Source: the human T2T-CHM13v2.0 reference genome, Homo sapiens
DNA length: 64,000 bases
Reading direction: 5' to 3'
Assembly: GCA_009914755.4 (NCBI GenBank)
Contig: CP086569.2
Location: 21,088,001-21,152,000, forward strand
Shown here: positions 61,501 through 64,000 of the stretch, piece by piece
Layout of the letters: each line of letters begins with the position of its first letter
Numbering within the stretch: position 1 is the first letter of the stretch
The notes under the pieces: model-generated
Database searches by the model: none
What the model saw: the letters and a program-made list of their open reading frames with translations, nothing else
Told to the model about the DNA's origin: nothing
Program-made: the position numbers and the translations under genes

Positions 61501-64000
61501 GCAGACCTTAGTGTTGAGTGTTACAGCACTTAAAGGTGTTATGTCCAGAGTTTGTTCCTTCAGATGTGTCCAGAGTTTCTTCCTTCTTGCAGGTTCCTGA
61601 TCTTGCTCACTTCCTTAATGAAGCTGCAGACCTTACTGGTGAGTGTTACAGCACTTAAAGGTGTTATGTCCAGAGTTTGTTCCTTCAGATGTGTCCAGGG
61701 TTTCTTCCTTCTGTCAGGTTCATGGTCTTGCTCACTTCAAGAATGAAGCTGCAGACCTTACTGGTGAGTGTTACAGCACTTAAAGCTGTTATGTCCAGAG
61801 TTTGTTCCTTCAGATGTTTCCAGAGTATCTTCCTTCTGGCAGGTTCGTGGTCTTGCTAACTTCTTTAATGAAGCTGCAGACCTTACTGGTGAGTGTTACA
61901 GCACTTAAAGGTGTTATGTCCAGAGTTTTTTTCTTCAGATGTGTCCAGAGTTTCTTCCTTCTGGCAGTTTCGTGGTCTTCCTCACTTCAAGAATGAAGCT
62001 GCAGACCTTACTAGTGAGTTTTACAGCACTTAAAGGTGTTATGTACAGAGTTTGTTCATTCAGATGTGTCCAGAGTGTCTTCCTTCTGGCAGGTTCATGG
62101 TCTTGCTCACTTCACTAATGAAGCTGCAGACCTTACTGGTGAGTGTTACAGCACTTAAAGGTGTTATGTCCAGAGTTTGTTCCTTCAGATGTGTCCAGAG
62201 TTTCTTCCTTCTAGCGGGTTCATTGTCTTGCTCATTTCAAGAATTAAGCTGCAGACTTAGTTGTGAGTGTTACAGCACTTAAAGCTGTTATGTCCAGAGT
62301 TTGTTCCTTCAGATGTGTCAAGAGTTTCTTCCTTCTGGCAGGTTCATTGTGTTGCTCAATTCAAGAAAGAAGCTGCAGAACTTACTGGTGAGTGTTACAG
62401 CACTTAAATCTGTTATTTCCAGAGTTTGTTCCTTCAGATGTTTCCAGAGTTTCTTCCTTCTGGCAGGTTCGTGGTCTTGCTCACTTCTTTAATGAAGCTG
62501 CAGACCTTACTGGTGAGTGTTACAGCACTTAAAGGTGTTATGTCCAGAGTTTGTTCCTTCAGATGTGTCCAGAGTTTCTTCTTTCTTGCACGTTCGTGGT
62601 CTTGCTCACTTCCTTAATGAAGCTGCAGACCTTTCTGGTGAGTGTTACAGCACTTAAAGGTGTTATGTCCACAGTTTTTTCCTTCAGATGTGTCCAGTGT
62701 TTCTTCCTTCTGGCAGGTTCATGGTCTTGCTCATTTCAAGAATGGAGCTGCAGACTTTTGTGTTGAGTGTTACAGCAGTTAAAGTTGTTATGTCCAGAAT
62801 TTGTTCCTTCTGATGGGTCCAGTGTTTCTTCCTTCTGGCAGTTTCATGGTCTTTCTCACTTCAAGAATGGAGCTGCAGACCTTACTGGTGAGTGTTACAG
62901 CACTTAAAGGTGTTATGTCCAGAGATTGTTCCTTCAGATGCGTCCAGAGTTTCTACCTTCTGGCAGGTTCATGGTCTTGGTCACTTCAAGAATGAAGGTG
63001 CAGACCTTAGTGGTGAGTGTGACAGCACTTAAAGGTGTTATATCCAGACTTTGTTCCTTCAGATATATCCAGAGTTTCTTCCTTCTGGCAGGTTCATTGT
63101 CTTGCTCATTTCAAGAATGAAGCTGCAGACCTTAGTGGTGAGTTTTACAGCACTTAAAGGTGTTATGTCCTGACTTTGTTCCTTCAGATGTGTCCAGCGT
63201 TTCTTCCTTCTGGCAGGTTCATGATCTTTCTCACTTCAAGAATGAAGCTACAGACCTTACTGTTGAGTGTTAAGGCACTTAAACGTGTTATGTCCATAGT
63301 TTGTTCCTTCAGATGTGTCCAGAGTTTCTTCCTTCTGGCAGATTCATGGTCTTGCTCACTTCAAGAATGAAGCTGCAGACCTTAGTGTTGAGTGTTACAG
63401 CACTTAAAGGTGTTATGTCCAGAGTTTTTTCCTTCAGATATGTCCAGCGTTTCTTCCTTCTGGCAGGTTCATGGTGTTGCTCACTTCAAGAATGAAGCTG
63501 CAGACCTTACTGTTGAGTGTTAAAGCACTTAAAGGTGTTATCTCCAGAGTTTGTTCCTTCAGATGTGTCCAGAGTTTCTTCCTTCTGGCAGGTTCATGGT
63601 GTTGCTCCCTTCAAGAATGAAGCTGCAGACCTTAGTGTTGAGTGTTACAGCACTTAAAGGTGTTATGTCCAGAGTTTGTTCCTTCAGATGTGTCCAGAGT
63701 TTCTTCCTTCTTGCAGGTTCGTGGTCTTGCTCACTTCCTTAATGTAGCTGCAGACCTTCCTGGTGAGTATTACAGCACTTAAAGGTGTTATGTCCAGAGT
63801 TTGTTCCTTAAGATGTGTCCAGTGTTTCTTCCTTCTGGCAGGTTCATGGTGTTACTCACTTCAAGAATGAAGCTGCAGACCTTACTGGTGAGTGTTACAG
63901 CAGTTAAAGTTGTTATGTCCAGAATTTGTTCCTTCAGATGTGTCCAGTGTTTCTTCCTTCTGGCAGGTTCATGGTCTTGCTCACTTCAAGAATGAAGCTG

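Larger units (their letters stand above)
1..64000 (+). repeat. Continuous tandem satellite array, monomer ~124-125 bp, about 514 copies, uniform head-to-tail orientation. Array runs off both window edges.
   Basis: Motif blocks ggttcatggtcttgctcacttcaagaatgaagctgcagacc ... gtgagtgttacagcacttaaaggtgttatgtccagagtttgttccttcagatgtgtccagagtttcttcc recur every 124/125 bp from position 1 to 64000. ORF-track starts (MFLQMCPEFLPSGRF...) step by 124-125 bp along the whole + strand. All ORF-track gaps were inspected and are still satellite. Confidence 0.97.
42000..64000 (+). repeat. Domain III: distinct monomer subfamily arranged in its own mosaic of HOR blocks, with recurrent anchor blocks spaced about 2.9-3.9 kb apart. 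Diagnostic variants are gaccttactggtgag, ggttcgtggtcttgctcacttccttaatgaagctgcag and ggttcgtggtcttgttcacttcaagaatgatgctgcag.
   Basis: The 117-aa anchor ORF (MLQHLKVLCPEFFPSDVSRVSSFWQVRGLVHFKNDAADLSGECYS...) sits at 43668, 47283, 50154, 54025 and 57397. The FVVFLTSLMKLQTILVSVTTLKA anchor sits at 44202, 47816, 49063, 54446 and 55808. Translated monomers read LMKLQTLLVSVTALKGVMS throughout. Confidence 0.75.

Noticed and set aside
107-63995. Hundreds of + strand ORFs of 60-147 aa in the six-frame track (MFLQMCPEFLPSGRFMVLLTSRMKLQT... family), including long ones at 24901-25338, 28378-28821, 43331-43771, 54934-55314 and 58181-58624.
   Set aside because: All are translations of the satellite monomer. 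They start at the same in-repeat atg and stop at in-repeat taa/tag codons. Because 125 is not a multiple of 3, the longer ORFs read successive monomers in different frames. There are no upstream signals, and the 'proteins' are low-complexity and differ only by repeat polymorphisms. They are not coding sequences.
1-64000. Could the regular repeats be a CRISPR array or another prokaryotic repeat-based system?
   Set aside because: Repeats are contiguous with no unique spacers. The unit is 125 bp with HOR organisation. The sequence is CpG-depleted like a methylated eukaryotic genome. No cas-like or any other genes are present.
1-64000. CENP-B-box-like motif (nTTCGnnnnAnnCGGGn) within monomers.
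   Set aside because: I scanned representative monomers of all three domains by eye. There is no CGGG-containing match; tttacggtgagtgttac lacks the CGGG half. A centromeric role is therefore suggested only by the HOR architecture and not by a binding motif.

Overview
The whole 64-kb window is one uninterrupted, head-to-tail tandem array of a ~124-125 bp satellite monomer (about 514 monomers), all in the same orientation. A representative monomer is ttctggcaggttcatggtcttgctcacttcaagaatgaagctgcagacctttacggtgagtgttacagcacttaaaggtgttatgtccagagtttgttccttcagatgtgtccagagtttcttcc. I found no unique sequence, no credible protein-coding gene, no RNA gene and no inserted mobile element. The hundreds of 60-147 aa ORFs in the supplied track are translations of the repeat. 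The 125-bp period shifts frame by 2 each monomer, and the T-rich + strand rarely gives stop codons in some frames. The sequence is strongly CpG-depleted (typically 0-2 CpG per monomer), a eukaryotic and probably vertebrate-like methylation signature. It is not a prokaryotic locus, so I report no defence or other new biological system. The array is organised at several scales. (i) Monomers fall into recurring diagnostic types. (ii) In domain I (~1-15.3 kb) monomer types form higher-order repeats (HORs) of 25, 33, 29, 9 and 9 monomers that are ~99-100% identical to each other. (iii) Domain II (~15.3-42 kb) holds older, more diverged HOR copies of about 4.1, 2.9 and 2.5 kb plus local amplifications. 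(iv) Domain III (~42-64 kb) is a distinct monomer subfamily with its own variable-length HORs. Its markers are ttactggtgag in place of tttacggtgag, ggttcgtggtc in place of ggttcatggtc, and cacttccttaatg in place of cacttcaagaatg. The monomer closely resembles a ~125-bp segment that I recall, from memory only, as part of primate ERV9-type LTRs (LTR12 family). The sequence here looks like a CpG-decayed version of it, so the satellite may derive from an LTR. Very homogeneous HORs flanked by more diverged layers is the pattern seen in centromeric satellite arrays. A centromeric role is only inferred, and no CENP-B-like box was seen.
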